Program-made: the position numbers and the translations under genes | The notes under the pieces: generated by a model | The model's input: only the letters and a program-made list of their open reading frames with translations | Databases searched by the model: none | What the model was told of the DNA's origin: nothing | In this document: piece after piece, positions 32,801-43,700 of the stretch | How the letters are laid out: each line of letters starts with the position of its first letter | Position numbering within the stretch: the stretch's first letter is position 1 | DNA from: Tubiluchus corallicola | Lineage: Eukaryota; Animalia; Priapulida | NCBI GenBank assembly: GCA_030141605.1 | Contig: JAQGDQ010000384.1 | Location: forward strand, 87,167-151,166 | DNA: 64,000 bases | Direction: 5' to 3'

Positions 32801-33814
32801 AATTGTGCCGTTAACATGATCAATCACCAGCTCATCTTCTTCCACAACTCCATCAAGCTTAAACTCCTTGATCCTTGCATCTGTAACTTTATCCACTTCG
32901 AGTACAACAATGTACTCATGTGTAGTTTCATTTTCAGCCGTTACTATGTAGTGTACGTTGTTGGTAAAGTTCTGTTTGACACCACTGACAGGATCAACAC
33001 TTGCCCCTATGTAGGAAATGGTGGGAACAAGTTCACCAAGCACCTTGTAAGATACAGTGGCTGATATTATTGTACCATTTTTTTTCCCTATTATATCCTC
33101 ATCGCCCAACACAGAGTTATTTGCCGCCTCAAAGATAAAGCTGACAATCCCTTTACTATCCTCAGAATCAACCTCAACAACAGCAGTATACTCTTTTGTG
33201 CTACCATCAATTGCAGTTACAATATATGATACATCTTCGGTGAAGTCCTGCGCCTCTTTTTTACCGGGAGATATAGAGGCACCTTGATATCTGATAAAAG
33301 GTACCAGATGCTCCCTATCTGCCAGATATGGCACTATGATTTTCATAACCCCGGATGACTCAATTATCTCATCCACAGCTATATCTTCTGCCAGACTTTT
33401 ATTATCATCAGCTCTAAATATAAAGCTGGTGATGACTTTCGCATCGCTGGGTATTAAATCTATAGTTACAATATAGGGCTGAGTGCTCCCATCCTCTGCC
33501 TCTACAATATACTCTACAGGGTCGGTAAAATTCTTCTCAACATCGCTCTCAGGTGTTACTCTAGCCTTATCGGAAACAACAATTTTACTAGGGGCAAGAC
33601 TGGATATATAAGTCTCATATTGAGGTAAAGCAACAAGTACAGTGTGATTCTCATTATCAATCTCCGCTTTACCAATGCTACCCTCTACTTCAAACTCAAG
33701 AATCTCTTTTTTATCAGAGAGAAGTCCTACTTCCTGTTTTTTGCATGTTACTACAAATAAAAAAGATGTAAATAACAAAAGTGAAATCGTTAGTTTTTTT
33801 ATAATAGTCTCCAT
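29840..33814 (-). CDS. Large surface lipoprotein: DUF5018-like Ig-repeat stalk + GLUG-repeat head (likely start 33814)
   Basis: Leader ..FLFVVTC-KK, about 9 domains ending Y.VTAEDGS..Y, YTLQNDI..FTGSFDGGG and repeated GGLVG..ITNCYA.G.V motifs. Confidence 0.85.
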   Translation of the reverse strand: METIIKKLTISLLLFTSFLFVVTCKKQEVGLLSDKKEILEFEVEGSIGKAEIDNENHTVLVALPQYETYISSLAPSKIVVSDKARVTPESDVEKNFTDPVEYIVEAEDGSTQPYIVTIDLIPSDAKVITSFIFRADDNKSLAEDIAVDEIIESSGVMKIIVPYLADREHLVPFIRYQGASISPGKKEAQDFTEDVSYIVTAIDGSTKEYTAVVEVDSEDSKGIVSFIFEAANNSVLGDEDIIGKKNGTIISATVSYKVLGELVPTISYIGASVDPVSGVKQNFTNNVHYIVTAENETTHEYIVVLEVDKVTDARIKEFKLDGVVEEDELVIDHVNGTITGTALFGADLSIIVPDIEISDGANIYPPLDDAQNFSRSIEYTVTAQDGKTQQKYLVAIASSASKEITEFNFLAANNPFSDPDVVEGDIDQEEGTITLTVPYGTGLTGLTPDIKYVGESIASDPVNQSDFTRPVKYTVTAEDGSEKKYTVTVNEAASDEKEITEFNFLAADNPFSDPDVVEGYIDQAGGTITLTVPYGTGLTGLTPDIKYIGASIDPVNQSDFTESVEYTVTADDGSKKEYIVTVNEAASDEKEITEFNFLAADNPFSDPDVVEGDIDQEEGTITLTVPYGTGLTDLIPDIKYIGESIARDPVNQNNFTGPVKYTVTADDGSKKEYIVTVNEAASDEKEITEFNFLAADNPFSDPDVVEGDIDQEEGTITLTVPYGTGLTGLTPDIKYVGESIASDPVNQSDFTRPVKYTVTAEDGSEKEYIVTVDVALNPEALITDFGINGVKNISIDDEAGTITGDVPYGITLDNISPSLLEISEGATIEPSKDALQDFNQEVRYTVTSEDESTLKEYKVTLTKLSPTLKSASYSGGDRVGAGDFDKNNLFEVGNLKNGNWNYVLTVDGVSSRPSGTITATNNKASISNHLALNRYPNWKTINIDDGQLTTELKLSRSGVPEKTFTYTNTFKEQYSIRSWQDLQGIKYDLAGDYTLQNDITLPDETPGGFPEGLDKVGFVPLGSIWTTFTGSFDGGGHKIMNLFIDRSDAPIDDDYAGLFSYTNGAIIKNVGVEISSKGVTGRRKYTGGLVGFLSGNSTITNCYVTGGSVNGEVYTGGLVGYVRNSTITNCYAGSSVNGEDYTGGLVGGCHKGTTTNCYSYSRVDGGLGVGGLMGYDYLGTIKDNYATGDVVGRSRVAALLGTISKSTIINNYATGNVTRTGTPFGSYAGGLLGFVNNSGVGTITTSSYWDKTSTGQNTSTDGKLDLYHLGVGVSSGVNLEQSGNGYIDKGNSDNPVFEGWQFGNSEDSPWLWQGNGQWPTLYWQ
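31500..32612 (-). repeat. Four near-identical intragenic 279-285 bp repeats (93-95 aa)
   Basis: KEITEFNFLAADNPFSDPDVVEG... recurs; the anchor actctgttatctcttt appears at spacings of 285, 279 and 285 bp. Confidence 0.95.
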
Positions 33815-34610
33815 TTCATGAAAATTTAAATTCGCGAAAATAAGCATGCACCTCACCGCCGCTAAGATAGCATCTATTTTTCGTAATATCATGCATCACA
33901 CTTGTTAATTTATGTTAAAATTATGTTAATTTTTGGTATAGTGCTGATATACAGCGAGTTTTTTTACTGAACTAAGGTAATGCATTGTTAACCTGATACT
34001 TAGCTTCAAAGCGGTTAAGTGTTGTCCGAGATTAAACACTCACCTCATATAATACCCTAAGCAACATGCTATAAAAAAGATCATGCAAAGCAAACAATTC
34101 CTTTATGGATATAATATACTACATTATGCTCTTCTTGATTGCTATTAATAAATGAAAACCAGTATGTTATGACTATGTTAGGCAATAGCTAAACATTGCA
34201 AGGCCATTGTAAGGTTTATTTTTACCCCTCTTTTTATTAAACTCTTTATCAAAGTTGTTTTAAATGCTCTAATCGGGGTAGGTTTTTTTACCAAATTTTG
34301 CCCCAGTCCAATCCCCTTGCTGTGGCCAACATATTATACAAAAGGGAATTACTCCCTTTTGTAAATACTCTGTCTATTTTTCCTTAGCTTATACTCCTGT
34401 ATTCACGCTTAGCTGCTCTCAAAAAGCTTTTAGAAACTCTCCATTGTACTTCAATATCGGGAGTTGCCCATTTAATACCGGAATTTTTATAGATAAAAGA
34501 GTAAAAGAACACTGTTTTTAACAGGTTTGAATTCTGCTACCACACTACTACTTCATGTTATATGTTTAACAAAAAGCAGATGTAAAATAGCTTGATACTG
34601 TATGAAAAAA

Positions 34611-34654
34611 TGACTAGTCCTAATTAAGCGTTACAGATTATTTAGGACTAGTCA
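34611..34654 (-). terminator. Terminator hairpin downstream of the GLUG pseudogene
   Basis: tgactagtcctaa...ttaggactagtca perfect 13-bp stem with an adjacent A6 tract (T6 on minus). Confidence 0.7.
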
Positions 34655-34688
34655 CCAGCAATACTTTTGATAATCCTGTTTTTAACTA

Positions 34689-35510
34689 TTACTGCCAATA
34701 GAGAGTAGGCCACTGTCCATTACCCTGCCACAGCCAGGGGGTATCTTCACTGTTGCCAAATTGCCAGCCATCGAAAACTTCAACGTCAGGATCCGGGGCT
34801 ATATCGTAGTATCTACCTCCAATTTCTTGCAGATTAGCCCCGGAAGAGACACCCACCCCTTTACCATCGGCAGAAGTATTTTGGCCTGTGCTGGTCTTGT
34901 CCCAGTAGCTGCTACTGGTAATGGTTCCTACTTTACGGTCATATACAAATCCCAATAAGCCGCCGGCATAACTTCCCCCCCCTCGTTATAGTTACATTAC
35001 CCGTAGCGTAATTATTTATAATCCTACTCCCGCTGATAGTTCCTAACAAGCCGCCGACACGGCTTCCCCCTACAACATCTCCCGTAGCATAGTTATCTTT
35101 AATAGTACCTAAATTATCATATCCCATCAAACCGCCAACACCAAATACTCCATCCACTCTACTATATGAGTAACAATTGGTAGTAGTGCCTTTATGGCAT
35201 CCTCCCACCAAGCCTCCGGTATAGTCTACTCCATTCACACTACTACCCGCGTAACAATTGGTAATAGTGCTATTTCTGACATATCCCACCAAGCCTCCGG
35301 TATAAATTTTCCATTCACACTACCTCCCGTAACATAACAATTGGTAATAGTGCTATTTCCATCAAGGTATCCCACCAGGCCTCCGGTATAGTACTCTCCT
35401 CCCGTTACTCCTTTTGAAGATATCTCTACTCCCACGTTTTTGATGATTGCTCCATCAGTATAACCAAACAAACCTGCATGATCAAAGAGTACACCACTTC
35501 TATCTATAAA
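34689..35510 (-). pseudogene. GLUG-repeat lipoprotein 3' remnant, paralog of 29840-30690
   Basis: Highly similar to the C-terminal head of the 1350-aa gene; frameshifts at a C8 tract (34975-34982) and near 35308; truncated by the IS at 35511. Confidence 0.92.
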
Positions 35511-36359
35511 TGTTTAACTTCAAAACTTATTGGACAAATTGATGCTTAAAGTTAAGAGATAGTTTTATAATTCAAATTCTCTTTTTTATGGTGATGATAA
35601 TTCACTGTTGACTTGCTGGAAACTCGCAGAGTTTTCAATAAATCAAAAGTGATACACTGCGATTTTCTGATTCCTTTTTCTTCTTTCATTTAGCGTTTTT
35701 ATTTTAATGTTTTCACGATTGCCCAGTAACTGTTTTTGCCTTCCAAAATACACGTCGGCAGGTGTAACATTCTTGAGTGATTCATGATACCGGTGGTTGT
35801 TGTAATTATATACAAACTCCTGTAGAACCGTCATTAGTTCATCAGGAAAGTAGTAGTTATCCAACTTTACCTGATTTTTCATGGTGCGGTGGTAACGCTC
35901 AATTTTCCCTTGTGTTTGAGGGTGGTATGGGGCTCCACGTAAATGTCCCATTTTGGTGTCTTTTAAAAAGCTTTGAAACTCGTTTGATATGTAGCACGCT
36001 CCATTATCGGAGAGTAACCTGGGACAATCGCCTGCAGGTATTTTGGCCGTATGTAAAGCCTTTTGAATAACATGGCTTGGCATCGGCCGACTCAATGCTT
36101 TGGCAAAGCTCCCAGGTGACGATATACCTTGAATAATCTCCATTACGGTAGCCAAATAATACCAGCCCCATCCAATGATTTTAAAGTAGGTGAAATCGGT
36201 TTGCCATTGCTGGTGCACACGCGTGGTCTTATCTTTAAACTCATTTGTTCGATAGTCTGTTTTTTTGCCTTCATCTTATTCGTTTTTATTGGTTATAATT
36301 TAAGAAATGTCTCTCTTAATTTTTAAACCAATTTGTCCGAATTAAGCTGAAGATATACA
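35511..36359 (-). mobile_element. Internally deleted IS (IS3/IS481-type DDE transposase pseudogene)
   Basis: WQTDFTYFKIIGWGWYYL, LLSDNGACY, HPQTQGKIERYHR; imperfect inverted repeats TGTTTAACTTCA..GGACAAATTG / CAATTTGTCC..TGAAGATATACA; the start MKAKKQTIEQ jumps straight to the core domain. Confidence 0.9.
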
Positions 36360-36598
36360 ATTCTGCACTTATTGTTGTTTTGTCCGTTAATTATGTTAAC
36401 CACCGCACCAAAATCCAGTGGGGTTTGGAAGGCTGGCTTGTTCTGGCATTTAACTGTGAAACAGTCAAATACTGTCGGGGGATTAGAAGCCTCTCCCCTA
36501 CCGGTTTAGCAGGATTGCATCATATTTCCACTCTTTTACATCTCTGCTTGTGCCTAGAGAGCTATTTTATGTCCCCAATGAAACCCTCAACATCAGGA

Positions 36599-37711
36599 TC
36601 AGTATTCTGTGTTGAATTTTCTGTTAAGACTCCTTACTACATCGAGGTGTTCATCTTTCAGGCTCCCCGCACTAAACATAGATATACCATTAGCTCCTGC
36701 GTCTCTTGACTGATGAATGGCTTCCCCCAGCTCCTCCGGTGAAAGGGCCGGGATATAGAGCCCTGATATATAGGAGTGGTTTCGTCCGCGCAACTCCCGT
36801 ATGCCGTTTTCAACAGAAAACCCAATCCAGTTTAGATCCTCAAGGTAGAAGCTGTGGTAGTTCATAGGGCAGAAAATGTCGATATCCCATGAGCTCCAGT
36901 CCTGCCTTACCATCATTCTTGACATTTCAGGAAAAGGAAAAACAGCAGCAGATATCTTCCTGTTGTGTTGATGTGCAATATCGGCAAGTTCATTTACAAG
37001 AGATGTTACGGCATTTAAGCGAAACTGCCGCCATTCATTGCTTAACTCAGGGTGTTCCATATCAAGGGGATCACGCCCAAATATCTCTTTAAACTTTTTT
37101 CTACCATCGGGATGGTACCCAAAATCGAATTCCGGCATCTCTCTATCTTGTATCAGGTTGTATTTTGGCTGTAGCTCCAGGCCAAGTATTACATCACAGA
37201 AGCGCACATAGTCCAGGTGAACTGAAGCGAGGCCTTCAACCTGTGCAATGTCGGTTATACTGTTTTTAATATGCTCCCTTGCCCCTTCACTAAAAGGACT
37301 TAGCCACTGATAATAATCCACATATGGGCGAAACTCAAAGCTATTATCACCATTCCTGTTTACGGCGTACCAATCGGGATGCTCGGCGGCAATTTTATCC
37401 CCCGGGCGATTTAATGTCCACACCCAGCCGTGAATATTGATATCCATATCTTTGGTTATGCTTATTATACGGGCAAGCTCTTGGGCGCCATTTCCCATAT
37501 AATAGTCTGTTATTCCCGCATCTCTGAACCGCTTAAAAAAGTCGAGCAGTTCCATATCGGTTTTATTCTTGTCTACGTTACCCCATATTCCAAAAGAGAA
37601 CTGCTGCTGCTTCCTGTACTGCCCCTTATCTTTTGGGGGAGATGTAAATCCTAAAGTGACAGCAACCAGTACAAAAGCTTTTAGTATCAATTTCAATCTG
37701 TTCTTCAACAT
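36599..37711 (-). CDS. Putative glycoside hydrolase (GHL10-like TIM barrel), secreted
   Basis: IHGWVW, HPDWYAVNRNG, VHLDYVRF, ISAAVFP and VRQDW motifs; in the SusCD operon. Confidence 0.75.
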   Translation of the reverse strand: MLKNRLKLILKAFVLVAVTLGFTSPPKDKGQYRKQQQFSFGIWGNVDKNKTDMELLDFFKRFRDAGITDYYMGNGAQELARIISITKDMDINIHGWVWTLNRPGDKIAAEHPDWYAVNRNGDNSFEFRPYVDYYQWLSPFSEGAREHIKNSITDIAQVEGLASVHLDYVRFCDVILGLELQPKYNLIQDREMPEFDFGYHPDGRKKFKEIFGRDPLDMEHPELSNEWRQFRLNAVTSLVNELADIAHQHNRKISAAVFPFPEMSRMMVRQDWSSWDIDIFCPMNYHSFYLEDLNWIGFSVENGIRELRGRNHSYISGLYIPALSPEELGEAIHQSRDAGANGISMFSAGSLKDEHLDVVRSLNRKFNTEY

Positions 37712-37723
37712 AGTGTGTATTGT

Positions 37724-38815
37724 TTATAGTATTTTTACCTTACCATCCTGGTTAATAGCCATAGTTTCATTGGTTTCAGGATCCTCAATTTTCGCCTCAT
37801 AACCAAATATTGTGCTGTAGATACGAGGAGTCAGCATTACGCCGTTTATGTGTATCGACCGGGCACCTGTAAGCTCTTTTGTCGATCGGGCAAACTTCCC
37901 GCTCTCTTTCCTGAATGCAAGCTGCTGCCTGTGAATGAAAAATAGCGCCTGCTCAGCAAGTTCACCGGGCTTTCTGTCAAAAGAGATATCCCCTTGCTTC
38001 TGCATTGAAAACTGTAGGTATCCCCAGTGCTCAGGCCGGTGCATGTCTATTGCTCCCTGAGGTGACCATACCCAGTTATTTTCAGGCAGAGGAACCCCTT
38101 TACTGTCCATTTTCTTCCCATAAACGCCATCATCTATCTGGTGGTGCCAATTGACTCTCGAAAAGTTGATACGCCACTGCTCTCCATCTTTTGGCCTTTT
38201 ATGTCTGGAACGGGACAGCTCCTCAAGAGCATTCCACGGAAGAGCTACCTCAAGGTCCCAGCCCTGGTCAATGTCGGAGGGGTCATTTAAGGTCCCTTTA
38301 ATGTTAACACCAACTTTTAAGTCGGGCATATCCCACCTGTTAATGACGGGACCTCCCCCACGATAGGCATTTAGCAGAAGTAGATCCCAGACAGTCCCCA
38401 GGGCATTTACTTCAAATTCTGCATAATGTGTTGATTCCAGGTTGGAACAAATGAATATCTCAAAGTCATTGTTATGAAATATCACTGCATCCCGTTCTGT
38501 AATATCGGCCCATACATGAGGCTCTTCCATCTCAACGTAAAAGTATATAAACTCGTCATCCCAAAGCATTTTCATGCGTGTTTTGTAGGCAGGGGCAGGC
38601 TTTTTGCTCCCCTCTATATCCACAAAATAATCTGTCCATGAAGCGTTGTCCCAGCAGGGTTCATCGCTTTTGCCATCTATCACCATCTCACCACCTGCCC
38701 TGTATATAACATAGCCCTTGGGAGGATGAAAGTCCCATGACATTTGCCCATTACTATCGGATAAAGAGCATACACACAGAGTAAGTAGAAATAATTTTAT
38801 AAAGCCGGTAGTCAT
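37724..38815 (-). CDS. Carbohydrate-binding family 9-like protein
   Basis: IDGKSDEPCW..FVDIEG, KMLWDDEFIY, NDFEIFI, WRINFSRV, NWVWSPQG..MHRPEHWG. Confidence 0.85.
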   Translation of the reverse strand: MTTGFIKLFLLTLCVCSLSDSNGQMSWDFHPPKGYVIYRAGGEMVIDGKSDEPCWDNASWTDYFVDIEGSKKPAPAYKTRMKMLWDDEFIYFYVEMEEPHVWADITERDAVIFHNNDFEIFICSNLESTHYAEFEVNALGTVWDLLLLNAYRGGGPVINRWDMPDLKVGVNIKGTLNDPSDIDQGWDLEVALPWNALEELSRSRHKRPKDGEQWRINFSRVNWHHQIDDGVYGKKMDSKGVPLPENNWVWSPQGAIDMHRPEHWGYLQFSMQKQGDISFDRKPGELAEQALFFIHRQQLAFRKESGKFARSTKELTGARSIHINGVMLTPRIYSTIFGYEAKIEDPETNETMAINQDGKVKIL

Positions 38816-38836
38816 ATATTTAATTTTTTGAATTGT

Positions 38837-40699
38837 TTATTGAATTGGGCCGGCGCCATACTCAGGATTATTCTTGTCAAACCATAACCGTTCCGTACTT
38901 AATATCTCCGGGTTATTGGTCCCTGGGGTAAATCCCTGCTCAGTGATTGCCTGCATTTTATTTTGATAATTCAGATCACCATCAGCAGGATTATCTACAA
39001 CAAAGCGTCTCGGAACAGTAACCTCGGAGCCCGATACAGTAAAGTTCTCCCATGCAAAATAGCTACTCCCTTTTTTGGGTATACCAGAGCGGCGTACCAG
39101 TGCCCACAGGTCTCCTGGCGTTGGCGCAAAGTTGATATATTGCTGTATATACACCTTTTCCAGCCCATCAGTAGTTAAGTCATAAGCATCCTGCCCCAGC
39201 AAAGCATCAATTTCACCATCCCGCAGTTTGGTAGCTGCCGCCTCAGCCATATCTCCGCTATACACCGGATCACTCTCATAATAGGGTAATGCATTGCCCT
39301 TCGCCAGCTGATCCATTCGCTCAACCGACAATCTTACCCCCTGGTTGAAATACTCCTGCGCCTCTTTGGGCAGGTTTGCTCCCAGCAGCTTAAATTCGGC
39401 CAGGTAAAGGTTTGTCTCTGCAGAGCTGCCCAGTATTACATGCAGGGGAGCTTCATTCCCTTTAAGGATTATTGGTGAACCTCTGTACGGGCTGATAGGG
39501 TAGGTATATTCAAGTGTTGTACGAATAACCTTTTCGCAGTAGGGAGAAACCCCCCAATACGACTTCTCTACATCCTGCCCATCTACTTTAACATTGATGA
39601 TATATGCATTAAAATAGATGCTATTCCCCTGGACATCTATTTCGTCAGGAGAGATCGGAACACCGTGATATCTCACCCACGGTTCACCAGGAGTCAACCA
39701 TCCCGAGAAATTTCCCTCAGCATCTAAGTCCACATACTGCTCTACATAAGGAGGAAGATCTTTCTCCTCATCAATTAGTGTTTGTACAACCTCACCATTA
39801 AAATCGTTCTTGTCAACAATACAGCGTAATCGCGGATCTCTGTTATTAACCATAAACTCTACAAAGTTTCGCCCTAAATATCCCCGTGAAACATAGTTAC
39901 CCGTACCGTGTGCATTTATTCCTTTATTATAGATAAAATCATCCTCCAGTGCATCCATATACCCTGCCGGAGAATTTGCAACCTCTTCGGCTATTTTTTT
40001 AGCCTTATCCCGATCTGCATTAACAAGGCGAGCGGCAATCTTAAGCTTCAATAAGTTGCAAAATTTTGCCCACTGGCTATACCGCCCGTTATAAATGAAA
40101 TCCTGGTTTCCCATAGAGACTTGCCCCTCCTGCATTAAGCTTTCTATTGCGCTATCCAGCTCCTCCAGCATCCTGTCAAACATATCCTCCTGGCTGTCCA
40201 GAACAGGTGTGTACACAGGTGGGGTTGTCCACATGGCAATACCGGCTTCGGAGTACACAAGAGATCCAAAGTTGTCCGTATTTACCAATATAGGGTAGAT
40301 CTGAATAGGGTAGGTCATCCCTCTTAAAGCCTGGAATGGCCTCTTTTCATCTTCGCTCATTGCATCAATACGTAAGCGCACATCTACAACCTGCCCAAAC
40401 AGTTCTGTGTAAGAGCCCTGCCTGGAGCTGACCCCCATCTCTGTAAATGCCGCATGATTCCCTTCACCAAACGTATTGAGCTGTGTCCAGGGGAAAATAT
40501 ACTGAAAGTAGTTGTAGAACCAGATTGTGTAATTATTTCTGTACATCTGCTCTATAGCCTTTGTCATGGAGTAGTGCAGATTAGGTTCCTTGAGTGTTGA
40601 AGGATCTGTATTAATATCTGCAAATTTATCTCTGTCACATCCTGTAAAAAGTATCAAAGCCAGGAGAGGGATATAAACTATTTTATAAGAGAGTTTCAT
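38837..40699 (-). CDS. SusD/RagB-like lipoprotein
   Basis: Lipobox FTGC, INTDP, WAKFCNLLKLKIAARL, VYIQQYINF, RLWFDK; follows SusC. Confidence 0.9.
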   Translation of the reverse strand: MKLSYKIVYIPLLALILFTGCDRDKFADINTDPSTLKEPNLHYSMTKAIEQMYRNNYTIWFYNYFQYIFPWTQLNTFGEGNHAAFTEMGVSSRQGSYTELFGQVVDVRLRIDAMSEDEKRPFQALRGMTYPIQIYPILVNTDNFGSLVYSEAGIAMWTTPPVYTPVLDSQEDMFDRMLEELDSAIESLMQEGQVSMGNQDFIYNGRYSQWAKFCNLLKLKIAARLVNADRDKAKKIAEEVANSPAGYMDALEDDFIYNKGINAHGTGNYVSRGYLGRNFVEFMVNNRDPRLRCIVDKNDFNGEVVQTLIDEEKDLPPYVEQYVDLDAEGNFSGWLTPGEPWVRYHGVPISPDEIDVQGNSIYFNAYIINVKVDGQDVEKSYWGVSPYCEKVIRTTLEYTYPISPYRGSPIILKGNEAPLHVILGSSAETNLYLAEFKLLGANLPKEAQEYFNQGVRLSVERMDQLAKGNALPYYESDPVYSGDMAEAAATKLRDGEIDALLGQDAYDLTTDGLEKVYIQQYINFAPTPGDLWALVRRSGIPKKGSSYFAWENFTVSGSEVTVPRRFVVDNPADGDLNYQNKMQAITEQGFTPGTNNPEILSTERLWFDKNNPEYGAGPIQ

Positions 40700-40711
40700 G
40701 TTTTTAATTTT

Positions 40712-43700
40712 TTAAAAATCGACGCTAATTGTGAATGTGTAAGAAGCCGTATAAGGACTAAAGGAACGTTCGCGAAAAGACTCAGTACTTGTTGTCCCCC
40801 TGAAGCTTTCAGGGTTTATATTATTGGGGAGTGAATTATAAATGTACCCCAGGTTTCTGGCATTTAGAGCCATGTACACATTTTGTGCTTTTGCCTTATA
40901 TGCCCATTTTTTAGGCATGGTGTAACCGATTGAGATGTTGCGCAGAGCTATATAGTTTACTTCTGCCAACCATGAATCATTTACAACTCCTGTGCTCCAT
41001 GAGTTGTTCCTGTATGTCCAGTAGCTTGCGTGGGTAGGCTCAACATAGCCCGCATCATACGCCTCCTGATAGGTCATGCCTCCCACCTCCCGTTTACTGC
41101 CGGACGGGGTGGTAACCTCTGTTCCCTCCTTGAATACTCCGTCCGGAATAACACCATCATAGAATGTCTGTCCGTAAGAGTCTGCATAACTACTTGTCCA
41201 CTCTATACCTCCATATTTGGCATCACGTGCATATAACGACTCTTCAAGTATCCCGTAGCTGGTGCCGTATTTACTGGAATAAGAGGCAATATGTCCACCA
41301 AAACGAGCATCAATTAATATTGATAAAGAGATACTTTTCCAGTGAAAGGAGTTGTCCCATGAGCCCTCAAAATCGGGCTGAATCTTTCCTACTTCCTCTT
41401 CTTCGTAACTTCTGGTAAGATATGCTCCGCGATAGCTTTCATTCCATGTCAACACCATTTCCCCATCGTCTGTCACGGCAGCCTTTGAATCGGACAAAAG
41501 CACTCCATATTCTCCATTTTCAAAAGCAACAGAGCCTACCCTGAAGTTCCCATAGTTTGTATCTCCACCCAGTTTTTTGTAGTTGGCAACCTCTTCCCGA
41601 AGGTCCGAGACCATAGTTGTGTTGTTCCAGTAATTGAACGTGGATACCCATTCAAAGTCACCTGTTCTGACCGGAACACCCCTAACGGAAAGCTCGATAC
41701 CGTAATTCTTTAGTGTCCCAATATTAGACAGCATATCACTGTGTCCTGACTCATCCGGTAACGGGATAGTGCCAATCTGATTCGTAATAGCTTCATTATA
41801 GTAGGTAAAATCAAAGCCTATTCTATTGTCTAAAAACCTTGCATCAACGCCCGCTTCAATAGAGTTTTTTCTCTCCGGCTTAATTGTATTATCTACCAAA
41901 ATCGGATTTCTTGTATTTGTGAAAATCAACCCATTCTCCATCTCAAAGTGTCCTATACTATAGCCTTTGTTAATATTATACGCTCCGGTATCGTTACCTA
42001 CCTGTGCCCACGACAAGCGTGTTTTCCCAAAAGATACCCAGTCGGGCATACGAAATGAGTCGGTAAAGACCCACGAAGTACTAACTGAGGGATAGAAGTA
42101 GGAGTAATCCCCCGCACCACCTGTATAAACCATTGCTGACGACCAGTCGTTACGTCCCGTTACATCAAGGAATATCTGGTTTTTCCACGTCAGGCTCAAT
42201 AAATAATAAAGAGAGTTTATCTGCTTGGTACCGCTAATTTCTCCTGTGTACTTTATTGTCTTTTTTGAATTTTCCAGGAAGAATTGGCCAGGTACCACCA
42301 AGCCCCCATCTGTCTCTACTTTTGTCTTTGCAATTCTCTGGCTCCAGATTTCACCTCCTACAAGTAAGCTTGCTGAGATATCGCTACTCAGCTCCCTGGT
42401 AATGTTTGCAGTCAGCTTTCCGGTCGTCGTAACATCGCTCCTCTGCTCCAGAAGGTACTTGCCCCCTTCATTGTAGTACCCCTGTCCCAGCTCTTTCACT
42501 TCATAGTCGTAAGTGTAATAGTTCATATTACCCTCCGCAGTTACAGAAATCCAGTCAGCAAGCCTGGCAGTTAAGCGTACAATAGGGCGGGTTACATACT
42601 CTCTCCTATTGTACTCATCCATATACAGGCTAAACCACTTGCTGTTACCTGGAACATTGGCATACTGATCATTGTAATCACTATTTGGCCTCCCTCCATG
42701 AGGGGCTTGCCAAACCTCCTGCTTCCTCCATTTATTCACATCATACCAGGAGGTGAAACTTCCGTCCAGAATCTGGCTGCCAAACTCGCTTCTGGGGTTT
42801 TTGGGGTTCGATATTGTGTATGAAATAGAAGCCTCTGTGGTAAGCCATGTAGCCAAATTGTAAGATGCATTTAGCAGAAGAGCGTTACGTGTAAATTCAT
42901 TCCTGGGAGCGCTCCCTTTTCTGTAGTTATAAGAGTTGGAGAGATAGAAGCTCCCTTTCTCGCTACCTCCGGTCAAAACCAGAGAAGTATTACTGTTCCA
43001 CCCCGTATCATACAGGCTTTTCATTAAGCTGGGATAGGCACGGTATGTTGTCATTGTTCCGTCAAAGTCAACTATTTCACGACCGTCATATCTGGGTCCA
43101 TAGAAAAGACTGCTGGCCGGATGATTAATTTTTGTAGGCACTCCGTCAACAGTGTAAAACTGATTTGTGTCAAACTTATAATACCTCCCGTTTTCGTCCT
43201 GCTCCCCATACGATATATACCCTGCTATCGTCCCGGGACCGTACTCGTACTGAATAGCGGGCTCACCATAAACATGGTCAACACCGAATGACTGTGTCAC
43301 TTTAACGCCAATACCCCGCGCCGCCTTTTTCCCGTCTTTCGTCTTAATAACTATAGCTCCGTTGATTCCCCTTGAACCATAAAGAGCAGTAGCTGCAGCT
43401 CCTTTTAAAACCGATACAGATTCATAGTCGTCAGGGTTAAGGTTTTTAAGCACATTCCCAAAATCATTAGCCACACTACTCCAGTCTGCACTTTCACCTG
43501 ATACAGAGTTATCAAGGATAACCCCATCTATAACAAAAATCGGCTGGTTATTATTACTGTTAAGGACAGATACTCCGCGAAGCTGAATTTTTGAGTTCCC
43601 GAACAATCCGCCATCTGAGCCTCCAATACTAAGTCCGGAAGATTTCCCCTGCAAGGCCTGCACCGGGTTTACGGTATTTACACCTGCGACATCATCTCCG

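Noticed and set aside
29840-35510. DGR template/variable repeat pair between the GLUG gene and its pseudogene copy
   Set aside because: Differences involve all four bases and indels rather than adenines only, and there is no reverse transcriptase in the window.
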